Positions 10,718 through 21,680 of a stretch of DNA of 64,000 nt are shown here, one piece after another. The stretch is taken from contig JBHLJY010000002.1 of NCBI GenBank assembly GCA_048887225.1, positions 64,001 through 128,000 on the forward strand. Reading direction: 5' to 3'. Source of the DNA: Candidatus Hodarchaeota archaeon. Lineage in GTDB: Archaea; Asgardarchaeota; Lokiarchaeia; Sigyniarchaeales; SOKP01. The first letter of the stretch is position 1. Every line of letters starts with the position of its first letter. The notes beneath the pieces were generated by a model, which did no database searches, was not told the DNA's origin, and saw only the letters and a list, made by a program, of their open reading frames with translations. The position numbers and the translations under genes are program-made.

Positions 10718-10772
10718 AGTAATATTATGAAGGATAACTTAATCAACAAAAAACCAAGAGAATAATAAAAAT

Positions 10773-12167
10773 ATGATAAGTGAAGAATACGACGTAATAT
10801 CTAAACAAGGAGAAGTCTTAAAAAAGATAAATAAAATAATTGGGAAACCCCTACCTAGTCTTGATGAGCGTGGAATCCCTGCATTTGGAGTTAAAATTGA
10901 TGATGAAAATGTTGTTAGTTTATGGTTAGAAAGATGTGATTTAATAAAATTTCCCGAGCCAATTTTAAAACTCGAAACACTCAAAGAATTGTATTTGAAT
11001 TATAATAAATTAACCACACTCCCAGATTCCTTTGATAACTTACAATCACTCGTGAAATTAAATTTAAGATGGAATCTTTTAAATCAACTTCCAAAAACTT
11101 TTGGAAACCTAGCTTTACTTGAAGAATTAGAATTAGACACAAACAAATTAACAACTCTACCAGAATCCTTTGGAAATTTAAGCTCTCTTCAGGAACTGAT
11201 ATTAAGAAATAATCAATTTGAGACTCTTCCAGAAACTTTTGGCAACCTTAAATCCATTAAAGTTTTATATTTAAGTAAAAATAAAATTAAAGTTTTCCCT
11301 GATTCTGTTTGTAATTTAAAATCCCTTGAAGGACTATATTTGGATCATAATAATTTATCAAGCCTTCCTAGCATAATTGGTAATTTGAGCTCACTTCAAA
11401 TTCTATCAATAGCCGGTAATAACCTTGAAACCCTTCCCGAGGAGATTCTCAAACCTTTATTCAATCTAAAATCATTACAAGTATTAGATTTTAGTCATAA
11501 TCAATTAAAAACACTTCCAAAGGCCATTGGAGACTTACCTAATCTTACTGTACTAAGATTAAGAGATAATCAGTTAAAAGCCCTCCCGGAATCATTTGGA
11601 AAATTAAAATCGTTACAATCATTAGATATAAGCAAAAATAAATTTAAGGAGCTTCCTGAACCAATTCTAGAATTATCAAATCTAGAACGACTATATGCTG
11701 AAAACAATGAAATATCAAGGCTTCCAGAATCATTTGGCAATCTCAGTTCGCTTCAGCAGTTATATTTTGAAAGTAATCAGATAAGAGAACTACCAAAATC
11801 ATTTGGCGATCTTAATAGGCTCCAACAAATTTTTTTAGTAGATAATCAGTTATTAACCCTCCCAGCGTCTATTGGAAATCTTAAGTCGCTTAGAATATTA
11901 GATTTAAGGAATAATCAGTTAACTTCGCTTCCGAATTCAATTGGAAATTTACAATCCCTTGAAGAATTGGATCTAAGACATAATGAATTCATTACAATCC
12001 CACCTATCATTCGGAAATTGAAAAATGTAAGGCAATACTTCTTGAAATTAGAAGGAAATCCATTTAATATACAATCAGCGAGAATGATAAGCAAGGACGT
12101 TAAATCGATTCGCGAATTTCTAAAAATGAAAGATAAATTAAACGGCATAGTGAAAAAATCGAAATAA
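10773..12167 (+). CDS. Leucine-rich repeat protein
   Basis: About 16 tandem 23-aa repeats LPESFGNLxSLxxLxLxxNxLxx. Confidence 0.95.
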   Translation: MISEEYDVISKQGEVLKKINKIIGKPLPSLDERGIPAFGVKIDDENVVSLWLERCDLIKFPEPILKLETLKELYLNYNKLTTLPDSFDNLQSLVKLNLRWNLLNQLPKTFGNLALLEELELDTNKLTTLPESFGNLSSLQELILRNNQFETLPETFGNLKSIKVLYLSKNKIKVFPDSVCNLKSLEGLYLDHNNLSSLPSIIGNLSSLQILSIAGNNLETLPEEILKPLFNLKSLQVLDFSHNQLKTLPKAIGDLPNLTVLRLRDNQLKALPESFGKLKSLQSLDISKNKFKELPEPILELSNLERLYAENNEISRLPESFGNLSSLQQLYFESNQIRELPKSFGDLNRLQQIFLVDNQLLTLPASIGNLKSLRILDLRNNQLTSLPNSIGNLQSLEELDLRHNEFITIPPIIRKLKNVRQYFLKLEGNPFNIQSARMISKDVKSIREFLKMKDKLNGIVKKSK

Positions 12168-12175
12168 CATGGATA

Positions 12176-13093
12176 TTAAAGTCCTTGTAAAAGTTTAGAA
12201 AAATCGGGTTCTTTAAAAATCTCATTGTATTTTTTTAACAGTTCTATATTTACCAAGTGTATTTTTTTACCAGATTGGTTTTTCATCGTTTTTAATAAAT
12301 TTAAATCTTTTAACTTTTTGACATGATATTGAATTGTACCTGAATAAATATCAAGTTCTTCTCCAATTTTTGATATTGGGATAGTTTCGTCTTTAAAGAT
12401 TTTTTGAATAACTTTTGGCATTAGAGGATTTAAAAAAATAACCTTATACCTATCTAAAGCATTGATTTCAGGAACATCTGAAGCAAAATAATGAAGCGCT
12501 TTTCCAATTTTTTTAGATCTTATTAATCTAAACCTCTCTAAAGTCATTATATGTTTTAAAAATGGTGTACGAGTTAAATTTAACTCGTTTTCAATTTTTT
12601 CATCTCTTGCGTGGATGCCTGGGTATTCTTTAATAAAATTGAGTATATTCATTAACTTTTCGTTTTCAAGAATCTCTAATTTCGTCCTTCTTTCATTTGT
12701 AACAATCCAATTCTTTTCTTCTAAGCTACGAATACCAAGAAAAATATCTTCTTTACTATAACCTTTTTGATAAGAGAGTTTCGCTATACATTTGGAATAT
12801 AATTTTTCGATAATTGGAAATTTCTGTATTTGGGACTTTGATTCAATTTCAAATCCTGCATTAAACCGCTTCAATTTTAATATGTCTCGAGCAATTTGTA
12901 GAACATCGTTTTCAATTTGAGTTAATTCTTCATCTATTCTCGCTCTTTTATAACTTATTTCAGACGGTTTTGTAACCTTTTCTATCTTATCAATTTTTTG
13001 TAAAGGAGTAAAATCAGTACGCCTAAATGAACTTTCCTCTAATTTTTTTTCATTTTCCTTATTCTTGGTATCTCTTTTTTTTTCACGAGACAT
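12176..13093 (-). CDS. Putative multi-winged-HTH DNA-binding protein
   Basis: ILNFIKEYPGIH...KHIMTLERF and ISKIGEELDIYSGTIQYHVKKL, ArsR-like HTH patterns. Confidence 0.7.
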   Translation of the reverse strand: MSREKKRDTKNKENEKKLEESSFRRTDFTPLQKIDKIEKVTKPSEISYKRARIDEELTQIENDVLQIARDILKLKRFNAGFEIESKSQIQKFPIIEKLYSKCIAKLSYQKGYSKEDIFLGIRSLEEKNWIVTNERRTKLEILENEKLMNILNFIKEYPGIHARDEKIENELNLTRTPFLKHIMTLERFRLIRSKKIGKALHYFASDVPEINALDRYKVIFLNPLMPKVIQKIFKDETIPISKIGEELDIYSGTIQYHVKKLKDLNLLKTMKNQSGKKIHLVNIELLKKYNEIFKEPDFSKLLQGL

Positions 13094-13148
13094 ATTTTAT
13101 ATAGAATTTAATTTCATTTAGGCTAAATAATTAATAGAGTAAGTATTA

Positions 13149-13652
13149 TTATTTCTTTACTATTGTGTGCCAATCTATCCTTTTTACAGTGGAATGAAGC
13201 AGATGATCATCATCAACTATATTATATGTTAGATTAGTAAAAAGTTGCTTTGCAAGTGCGCGAGTTTGTTTAATTGGAATAATTTTATCGAATTTTCCAT
13301 GAAAAACTATAACAGGGACATTCACAGGAGAAAATCTAGTAAGATTTAATATTGGAAATGCTAATGCAGGAGCAAGAAGTATTAAACGCATAACTTTTTC
13401 TGGAAATTGGCAAGTATACAAAGCACCCATGAGACCTCCAAAAGAAGAAGAAATAATTACCCAAGATTTTTTTTCTCTCAAAATGGATATTAATTGAGCC
13501 ATTCTTTCTTCCAACAATTTCTTATGTGAAGTTGTATCAGAATATTTTTTGAAATCTGGTGTAAGACATCCTGGTAATACTTTTCTCAATAATTGAGCTT
13601 TAAATCCTTGGCCAGAACTCCCAAGACCATGAATATAAATAATGTTTGGCAT
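13149..13652 (-). CDS. Alpha/beta hydrolase, YqiA/YcfP-like
   Basis: YIHGLGS, SSFGG nucleophile elbow, HGKFD, DDH. Confidence 0.85.
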   Translation of the reverse strand: MPNIIYIHGLGSSGQGFKAQLLRKVLPGCLTPDFKKYSDTTSHKKLLEERMAQLISILREKKSWVIISSSFGGLMGALYTCQFPEKVMRLILLAPALAFPILNLTRFSPVNVPVIVFHGKFDKIIPIKQTRALAKQLFTNLTYNIVDDDHLLHSTVKRIDWHTIVKK

Positions 13653-13685
13653 ATTTACTTTAATATTTTATATCTAAATAATTTA

Positions 13686-14726
13686 TTATTCTAAATATTC
13701 TTGACCATAACCACGTCGTTGTCCAAAATAAATTAGTATTCCTACAATGCTAAAATAGAATATAACCAACAAAATCATTAGAAAATAATATTCTCTTGTA
13801 AAAGACATTAAATGTAGAGCACTACCAATAACAAATCCAGTAAGTAATCTAGATTGCGTCGTACTTTTTCTTAATGTTAATCTCTGGGTGCCCCAATCAA
13901 TTAATCCTGGTATTGGCAAAAGCACACATAATAAAACAGCGAGCTCAGGGATTATTACGGTATTATATATTTTTTCCATTAAATGTGTAAAAAAAAATGC
14001 CATGATTCCTCCAAGTATTACACCTGAACATCTCGAACAAAAATAAATATAGGTTCTGCCAAATTTTAAAAAAAATGTGTGATCACTCTGAGAGACAGTA
14101 TGATGAGTTAATAGCATATAATAGAGGTGTTTTTCATTCGTAGCAAGAGTTTTATCATAGAGAAAAAGAAGGATTGGATTCATTAAAATCACTATAAATG
14201 CGTTAATAAGAAAATTTAATCCATAATTTATTATAATTGATTGAAAATGACTAGAAAATAGGATTATTTGAAGAAATATTATAAGAAAAATTGTAAAAAG
14301 AGAAGAAAGAAATATAATTATAGTTGTATAACCTAAATTCCTTAAATTCTGATATTTTAAAGGTTTATATTTCCATATACCACTTAAAAATCCCCAAATT
14401 GCAACTATCAAACTCCAATGAATATAGATCATATCGTAATAGGCCAATTGGTAAAGAGATTCTCCTATAAATCCTGCAATAAAACCGTGATACTTACCTG
14501 CTAACACAGAAAAAAAAGTGAATATCAATAAAGTAACTCCGAAATTTATAAACCATTCAGAATTTTTTAAAAAAATCGTTGAAATTGAGCCAAAAAATTC
14601 TGCTACATAGAAATAACACATTACGATAAATGCGCTTATAAATAAATTCAAAAATATAGTTCTTAAAAGGTTTTTTTTTTCTTTTTCTGAGTTTTTTACT
14701 AAGTGAAAACCTGAATTTTCTTCCAT
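13686..14726 (-). CDS. Membrane protein: ECF S-component-like region fused to a DUF2085-like domain
   Basis: GFIAGFIG helix; C-terminal HH...CSRCSG...PGLIDWGTQ...SRLLTG. Confidence 0.65.
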   Translation of the reverse strand: MEENSGFHLVKNSEKEKKNLLRTIFLNLFISAFIVMCYFYVAEFFGSISTIFLKNSEWFINFGVTLLIFTFFSVLAGKYHGFIAGFIGESLYQLAYYDMIYIHWSLIVAIWGFLSGIWKYKPLKYQNLRNLGYTTIIIFLSSLFTIFLIIFLQIILFSSHFQSIIINYGLNFLINAFIVILMNPILLFLYDKTLATNEKHLYYMLLTHHTVSQSDHTFFLKFGRTYIYFCSRCSGVILGGIMAFFFTHLMEKIYNTVIIPELAVLLCVLLPIPGLIDWGTQRLTLRKSTTQSRLLTGFVIGSALHLMSFTREYYFLMILLVIFYFSIVGILIYFGQRRGYGQEYLE

Positions 14727-14758
14727 ATATTACTATTAATTTTCCCAAAAAGAAATAG

Positions 14759-15427
14759 TTATTTAAATATATTATCAAGACGTCGAATTAATTCTGCTTT
14801 TGTGTGTTCAAATCCTTTTCTAAGTGCTTTTACAATTATATTTTTACCCGTAGGTATCTTTAAAATAAGGGGATCTTTTTCAACAACATTGATACCCTCT
14901 TCGTTAAAATCCAGTTGTCGCATTAATGATTTAAGAGCTTTTTCTTTCGTTTTAAATACCATTCTGACTAAATCGTCATATGTTGAAGCTTCTTCTTTAA
15001 CATTCAACATCATTATCGCTTCTTGAACTTGACTTACAAAAGTTTCTTTTGTTATCTCTTTTAATTTTTTAAAATTCTTATGGTTAGATTTACACTGCCT
15101 GTATGTTTGATCTCCTTCTAAATATTCTGGAAAAAATTCTTCAATAGTTTTATCAAAATTTTCATCTGCTATACCGTTATTTAATATTAATTGTGCGCAA
15201 TCCAAAGTTATTTTTATTTGTTTTAAAGTCCCTATGCGAGCATCGTGATCGGACCAATATTTGTAGAAAGTCTTGACTATTGGTTTTACAATAAAATTAA
15301 GAAAACCAGCATCCAGTTCTGAATCAATTAATTGTTTACCATAATCCAATGCTTCTTCCATTTGATTAGTCATTTTTTTTTCAACAATTCGATAATTTCT
15401 TTCCATGTAATCCAATGTTATCACCAA
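14759..15427 (-). CDS. Hypothetical helical protein
   Basis: 222-aa ORF co-oriented with neighbours. Confidence 0.7.
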   Translation of the reverse strand: MVITLDYMERNYRIVEKKMTNQMEEALDYGKQLIDSELDAGFLNFIVKPIVKTFYKYWSDHDARIGTLKQIKITLDCAQLILNNGIADENFDKTIEEFFPEYLEGDQTYRQCKSNHKNFKKLKEITKETFVSQVQEAIMMLNVKEEASTYDDLVRMVFKTKEKALKSLMRQLDFNEEGINVVEKDPLILKIPTGKNIIVKALRKGFEHTKAELIRRLDNIFK

Positions 15428-15575
15428 AATTTTAATGAATGCTAAATTTTACTTCTTCACTCGATTTAATTTAGTTAATTTAATAAATTAAATGAATTAA
15501 TTTATTTTATGAAGAGAAAAGAATTTAAATGATTTCATAAAACTAATAATTTTAAAGATTTTAAGTGATAACTAA

Positions 15576-18500
15576 TTGCGATATGTGTTTAAAGTTCTAG
15601 TAATGGGGGAGTCAGAATCGGCATATGAATATGTAGTAAGAGCGTTTCAAGAAGTAGGTGAAGATAAACAAGTTTATAATGAGTTTTATAAAGAAATCAA
15701 CGCTTTGGAAGATATTTGCGATTTAGAGGTGGATGTATTAACAGATATTATTTCCGCAGATTATGATGAAATTATTCCAACTGTGGATGGAATAATATAC
15801 CTTATGAATCCTCTAAACATTGATGAGTTTGAATTTTTTGAAATGAGTTTACCCATAATAAATTCAGTAAAAAGGAATATCCCGATAGTTATTATTTTTT
15901 ATGATAAACATGGAATCCTTCCTTTGATTACAAATAAAATTTTAGAAAGCGTTTGGTTAAATTATCCTGAACTTGAAGCATTTATGAATCTTAACCCCGA
16001 AAAATTTCATCAAGCGCTTGAATGTCTTTGCTTAGCGATGATTGCTGGAGATACTCCATTAAATTTTGAAAATGCATGGTTGAGATTTCCTATATTTATA
16101 GAGTTAGCGAATCAATATTTTAAAGAACAAAATTATTATTATGCTGCCCAAGCTATGAAAAATGCAGCAACGATTTCAGAGATTTATAATAACAATGAAT
16201 TTTTTATTTACTGCGAGCAAGTTGCCTTTACTTTTTCAAAGATCAACCTTTATTTAGAAGCTTCAAAAATTTTTAATAGATTTGATAAAAAGAAATCAAT
16301 TGATTTCCAAAAATTATATCATAAAGCGATGCTAATAGAAGGTAATAAGCTATTTAATAAAGGAAATTATGAACTTGCCGCCTCACAATACGAGACCGCC
16401 GCTCAATGGGCATCAATTGAACTAGAAGATAAAGAATTAGTTAATGAATCTTTTAAGTTAGCGATAAATTCTTGGATTTCTGCTTGTAAAGTTGAAAATG
16501 CATTTATAATTCTTGAAAAGTTACGTCATAAAGAAATTGGTGCAGTATTAATTGAAGTTTCAGATAAAATTGTTGACGCAGCGGAATTTTTAACGTCAAA
16601 AGGAACTATAGAAGCTGCAAGAGACCAATTATATTATAGTATAAATACTTATCAACGAGAAGGACTTTTCGACGAGTTAAAAAAATTTTCTACTAAGTTA
16701 GTAAATATATTAATAACAATACTAGACGGGAAAATCAATGAAAACGATTTATATGCCGCTAAAAAGGCATACGACGAGATTGAAAATCTATGGGAGGCTT
16801 ATGAGTTAGAAAAAGTCAATGTTGATAATAAATTAGAGAAATTAATTAAACTCCTCTTAAAAGAATTGAATTTTGGTATGGCTACAATTTTGATCAATAA
16901 ATTAAATTCTTTAAATTTAAAGAAAAAATTAACCGAATATAGTATAAAAATAGAAGAAAAGAATAAGCAATTAAAAAAGAGAGAGTTTGAAGAATATGTT
17001 CAACAAGGGGTAGAAATATTACAAGAATTTATTGAAACTGAAAAAAGTATTATTGCTGAGATTAATTCTCAAAAAATAGAAGAATCTAAAGATTATATTA
17101 AGAAAGGCGATTTTTTTAATGCTGCTAAAATCGTAAAAAATCATTCTGTTTTTCTCAAAAATATTGGTAAAGAAGAGATTGGAAATCTAATTTTAATTAA
17201 ATCTTTAGACATATTAATTGAAGGGAATTTATTTGACACTTTCTTTAAATACTACTCTGATTTAACATTAGATACTAAGAAAAGATACTTAATAAGAATT
17301 TATCCACTTTTCATTGAAAAATTGAAAGAATTGACAAAAGAAAAGAATTACAGTAAGAAGGAAAAAATATTTGAGATGTCAAATAAACTGTTTAGAAACG
17401 AAATGTTATATCAAGAATCTAAAGAAATTAATAAATTATTCATAAAAGAAATCAAAAAAGAAGCTTTAAAAATCATAGAAAATGAAAAAGATTTGCAAGG
17501 AATTGAAAAATCAACGGAATTGATAAAAAAAATTAACAGAATAGCATCAGCTTATTTAGATAAAGATAAGGTTAAATTTAAAATTACTTTAGATAAAATC
17601 TATAAAGAGATTGCTGAAACTTATATTTCTTTAGAAGATTTCTCCTCTGCACAAGCTTATACAGACAAAATTGAAAATAAAATGTTTAAAAGCGAAATAC
17701 ACAAGAAACTTGCTAAATTCGAGGCTAGCAAAGAGGCAATTAGATCTAAAGAGGCTGAAGAATCATTTAAAGCCGAAGTTTTAAAAGAGAGGTTATCATT
17801 TATAAAGAAAAAAGGAAAAGATGCAAAACACGATCAAAAAAATGAATTGAGACAAAGAAGTGGTTTAAAACGAATTTATTTCAATGACGCTTTAGAATTT
17901 GTAAAAACACAAAAATTTGATAAAGCAATTTCTTCTTATAGAGAAAGCATAATCAAATTAAACAATATTAAAAAATACAATTTAGCTGGGGTATCCTTAG
18001 CAATTGCGTCCTTATTGTTAATAAAAGAAGACAGGATAAATGAGCTGGAAAAATTAATAAAAAATATAAAAGAAAAATTATCTAGTTCTGAAAAACTGTT
18101 TTCCGAGACGTTCCCTGTCACTCTTATAGAATACATCATAGATATGAAAAAAATTAAAGATGAACCAAAATTAAAAGAAGCTCTATCTTATTTAGAGTAT
18201 TTGCCTCTGTTTGAAGAAGAAATATTAATACTTTACGATTATCTGGGTAAAGAAATTGAAAAAGAAGAGAAAATTGAGACACTATCGTTTGATTCTAGTA
18301 ATATAGCCAAATTCAGAAGCGAAATTAATAAAATAGCAAAAAAGATTGAAAAAGAAAAACAAGATATTGCGAAAAGAAAAGTTATGAAACGAGATTATTG
18401 GAACAAAGCTTTAGAAGAATTAAATAAAAATAATTTTCGCGAAGCTTCTAAGATTTATTTCACTGTCGTTCAAAAACTTATAGATAAAAAATTTCTGAAA

Positions 18501-19304
18501 TATGCAGCAGTAAATTTAATTTTAGGAACTTTAATTCAAATTTACGAGATGAATGTTCAATTAGCCAAATCTAAATTTGAGGATACTATAAATAAGACTT
18601 GGAAAATTAAAGCTGAAGTGGAATCTTTACCGGAAATTCAAATTATGAAATATATATTCATGGCTTATGAAAATGATTTGCAAGATTTAATTCAATTAAT
18701 TCTCAATCATCTTATTGAAAAACTAATTCTTTTTGAACCAGAGATTATATTTATCAGAACTCTTTTAGGAGAAGAAATAGTTAAAGAAGAGATAGAAGAA
18801 CCCCTCTCAATAAAAACGCCAGAAGAAATGAAAATAGAGTTAGATCAAACAATTAGTAATCTTCAGCAAAAATTTGGTGATATTAAAAGAGATTTCAACG
18901 ACTTTTTTACGAAAAGAAAAGCTATGAAAAGACGATATTACAATGATATTTTAGCATTACTAAAAGATCATTCTTTTAAAGAAGCAGCTAATAAATATTT
19001 GGAATTGGCCAAAATTTTATTGAAGAGGAAAGATTATGAAAATACGTCCTTTGTTCTTCTTTTATATGGTTTGTCTCTGTTAAAAAGTGGAGAATCTCCT
19101 GAACAAATTAAAAATGGAATTACAAAATTCTTACAAAATATAGGATTAAGCGAAAAAATTCTTAAAGAAACTTTCTACATTACATTTCTGTTCTTCTTTA
19201 TTGAAGTAAAAATATATGAAATAAAGGAATATAATCCAAATATTAAGAAAATCTTAGATTTGTTGCCATTATTCGATGATGAAAAAGAGTTAATTAATAC
19301 ATAA
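15576..19304 (+). CDS. Large alpha-solenoid (TPR/alpha-SNAP-like) protein with degenerate N-terminal small-GTPase-like domain
   Basis: FKVLVMG...VDGIIYL...IPIVII strand pattern without a P-loop Lys; helical repeats; three long C-terminal repeats. Confidence 0.7.
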   Translation: MRYVFKVLVMGESESAYEYVVRAFQEVGEDKQVYNEFYKEINALEDICDLEVDVLTDIISADYDEIIPTVDGIIYLMNPLNIDEFEFFEMSLPIINSVKRNIPIVIIFYDKHGILPLITNKILESVWLNYPELEAFMNLNPEKFHQALECLCLAMIAGDTPLNFENAWLRFPIFIELANQYFKEQNYYYAAQAMKNAATISEIYNNNEFFIYCEQVAFTFSKINLYLEASKIFNRFDKKKSIDFQKLYHKAMLIEGNKLFNKGNYELAASQYETAAQWASIELEDKELVNESFKLAINSWISACKVENAFIILEKLRHKEIGAVLIEVSDKIVDAAEFLTSKGTIEAARDQLYYSINTYQREGLFDELKKFSTKLVNILITILDGKINENDLYAAKKAYDEIENLWEAYELEKVNVDNKLEKLIKLLLKELNFGMATILINKLNSLNLKKKLTEYSIKIEEKNKQLKKREFEEYVQQGVEILQEFIETEKSIIAEINSQKIEESKDYIKKGDFFNAAKIVKNHSVFLKNIGKEEIGNLILIKSLDILIEGNLFDTFFKYYSDLTLDTKKRYLIRIYPLFIEKLKELTKEKNYSKKEKIFEMSNKLFRNEMLYQESKEINKLFIKEIKKEALKIIENEKDLQGIEKSTELIKKINRIASAYLDKDKVKFKITLDKIYKEIAETYISLEDFSSAQAYTDKIENKMFKSEIHKKLAKFEASKEAIRSKEAEESFKAEVLKERLSFIKKKGKDAKHDQKNELRQRSGLKRIYFNDALEFVKTQKFDKAISSYRESIIKLNNIKKYNLAGVSLAIASLLLIKEDRINELEKLIKNIKEKLSSSEKLFSETFPVTLIEYIIDMKKIKDEPKLKEALSYLEYLPLFEEEILILYDYLGKEIEKEEKIETLSFDSSNIAKFRSEINKIAKKIEKEKQDIAKRKVMKRDYWNKALEELNKNNFREASKIYFTVVQKLIDKKFLKYAAVNLILGTLIQIYEMNVQLAKSKFEDTINKTWKIKAEVESLPEIQIMKYIFMAYENDLQDLIQLILNHLIEKLILFEPEIIFIRTLLGEEIVKEEIEEPLSIKTPEEMKIELDQTISNLQQKFGDIKRDFNDFFTKRKAMKRRYYNDILALLKDHSFKEAANKYLELAKILLKRKDYENTSFVLLLYGLSLLKSGESPEQIKNGITKFLQNIGLSEKILKETFYITFLFFFIEVKIYEIKEYNPNIKKILDLLPLFDDEKELINT

Positions 19305-20199
19305 TATTAGCATATCTCTGAAGGTCTTTCACACGCATTCTAAGTGTAACTTCCGTGACCTTCGCAAGTTTCGAAATCTCTTTTTGAGTACGATTTTCAT
19401 TTGAAATTTTAGATCCTAAATAAATTGCTGCTGCGGCTATCCCTTTAGGATCTTTTCCTGCTGTATTAAATCCATTTTCTTTCGCACTTTCAATTAACTT
19501 AACAGCTACATTCCTAACTTTCATTGATAATCCTAATTCATCGTTAAATTTATCCACATAGCGATCAGCTGAGAAATGATGGACTTTTAAATTAAGTTGA
19601 GGTAAAATTTCCATTAAAATTAATCTATAACTTTTTATTACTTTTTTCTTGGGTATTTGAGCAACTTTTGTTATTTCTTCAACTGTTCGAGGGATTCCAT
19701 GAACTCTTAAAGCACAAAAAATTGAAGCTGATAACAATGTATCAATACTTCTGCCCATAGTCAGCTTCTTTTTTACAGTTTGAGTATAAATTCGAAGTGC
19801 ATCTTCAGCAACAGTATCAGGAATTCCTAATCTTTTTTGTAAACGCTGTAAATTTGGTAAAGCGATCCACAAATTTCTTTCATAGCTGGTTGTTAGCGAT
19901 CTATGGATTTTAGCCAATCTATTAAATTTTGATTTGAATTTAGGGCTTAATAAAGTACCTCGAGCATCACGACTACCACGAATAATCGTACGAGGGCCGA
20001 TAGGACTATATACTCTTTCGTTGCTCTTTCGTTTTTGGATTTCCTCTGCCGTGAAAGCTCTTCTGGGTGAGGTATCAAGAATTCTGGAAAAAACAGACGC
20101 ACAGTTTAAGCAAACATAAAAACCGTCCTCTTCGCTAATTTTAGGAGCATCACAGCATTGTTCCACTTCCTCAAAAAAATTATTTGGATCAGACGACAT
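19294..20199 (-). CDS. tfb: Transcription initiation factor TFB
   Basis: Zn ribbon CC...CLNC, RAF, ERNL, GRS, PRT, GKDPKGIAAAAIY, RTQKEI...VTEVTLR. Confidence 0.95.
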   Translation of the reverse strand: MSSDPNNFFEEVEQCCDAPKISEEDGFYVCLNCASVFSRILDTSPRRAFTAEEIQKRKSNERVYSPIGPRTIIRGSRDARGTLLSPKFKSKFNRLAKIHRSLTTSYERNLWIALPNLQRLQKRLGIPDTVAEDALRIYTQTVKKKLTMGRSIDTLLSASIFCALRVHGIPRTVEEITKVAQIPKKKVIKSYRLILMEILPQLNLKVHHFSADRYVDKFNDELGLSMKVRNVAVKLIESAKENGFNTAGKDPKGIAAAAIYLGSKISNENRTQKEISKLAKVTEVTLRMRVKDLQRYANIMY

Positions 20200-20457
20200 T
20201 AATTAGTATGATAACGATAATTCGTATTATATTTAAGATAATCCAACTATATAAATATTAATTAAATCCATATTGTGAAATGAATATCTATATTTTAATA
20301 ACAAAAATTCATAAGAATTAATAACGAGATCTTTTTTTCTTTATTGAAAAAAAGGGTAAGAAAGAGCGCTTTACACGGTTAATCTATAAATAAATAAAAA
20401 TAAAAGTTAGTTTCACCTAAATATTATATATTTAAAACAAAAAGAATATAAATTTCA

Positions 20458-21660
20458 ATGACAGCTGAATTCACAGATGTAATCAATGCACTTTCAAAAT
20501 TTTTAGAACCTAAATTGGTTAAAAAATTAGAATTTTCAGGTAGAGGCGAAACCATAAAATTAGAATCTATTGATGATATTAAGAATTTACCCCTTGAAAC
20601 ATATAACTTTATAGGCGAAGATGAGGCGAAGTATTTAGAAGAATTTTTAGAAATTTCCAACATAGAACAAGCAGCTAAATTTAGAAATATAAAGATACGA
20701 GAAAAATTCGATGAAAAAATTAAAGCCCTTTTTAAAAAATATCCTAAATTTGAAAATAAATTGGAAAAGGCCATTACTATTAGTGCTATTATATCAAGCA
20801 TTAAAAGTGACGCGATTAGCATAGATAAAGAAAAACAAAAGGTAATCGTAGTAGGTTTAGATAATGCTGGTAAAACTGCAATACTAACTACGTTTGGTGG
20901 TAAGTTAGGAATATCGGATCTCGCTAATTTAAAACCGACAAAAGGAGTCAAACGAAAAGTAATAGAAAGCTCAAATTTAGATCTTTTTATTTGGGATATG
21001 GGAGGTCAAAAACAATACAGAAGTAAATACTTAAAAAATCCAGACCAGTATTTTCTTCAAATTGACTTATTAATATACGTGATTGATGTTCAAGACTCTG
21101 AGAGATTTGAATCGTCTTTTGATTACTTTGAAACTATACTCGATACTATGGTCAAATTAGATGAAAATCCTTATATCTTGATTTTTATCCATAAATACGA
21201 TCCTGATCTTAAAAGCGATCCTACTATTTTACTTAATGTTGAATTTTTAAAAGATAATTTGAAAGAATTGTTTAATCATAGGAAAATTAAATTTGATTAT
21301 GAAGTCTATTTAACAAGTATATTTTCTCTAATTTCTAACGAACCACAATTTTCCAAATATTTAAAAGATATCATGAAATCGCCTTATGGAATTACCGATC
21401 CAACCGTTAAAAGGGTCGAAGGTTTAGGGGAGATATTAGAAGAAACCCTAAATGCAGTTATAAGGCTTTCAGAATCAATCTCACTTCAATTATCTGCGAT
21501 AGAACACCGGCTAGAGGCAATTGAAGGTGGGTCGGGACAATCTAGGGAATATATCGAAGCTCAAGGTTCTGAACAGATTCCTCCAAAAGCCGATGTCAGA
21601 TCTCGCGTTCTTGACGAGTTAAAAGATTTATTTGATAAAAAAAAGAAATTAAGTATTTAA
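20458..21660 (+). CDS. Arf/Rag-like small GTPase with N- and C-terminal extensions
   Basis: GLDNAGKT, PTKG, WDMGGQ, HKYD, TSI; C-terminal coiled coil. Confidence 0.88.
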   Translation: MTAEFTDVINALSKFLEPKLVKKLEFSGRGETIKLESIDDIKNLPLETYNFIGEDEAKYLEEFLEISNIEQAAKFRNIKIREKFDEKIKALFKKYPKFENKLEKAITISAIISSIKSDAISIDKEKQKVIVVGLDNAGKTAILTTFGGKLGISDLANLKPTKGVKRKVIESSNLDLFIWDMGGQKQYRSKYLKNPDQYFLQIDLLIYVIDVQDSERFESSFDYFETILDTMVKLDENPYILIFIHKYDPDLKSDPTILLNVEFLKDNLKELFNHRKIKFDYEVYLTSIFSLISNEPQFSKYLKDIMKSPYGITDPTVKRVEGLGEILEETLNAVIRLSESISLQLSAIEHRLEAIEGGSGQSREYIEAQGSEQIPPKADVRSRVLDELKDLFDKKKKLSI

Positions 21661-21680
21661 AATCCTTTTTTTTGAAATAT

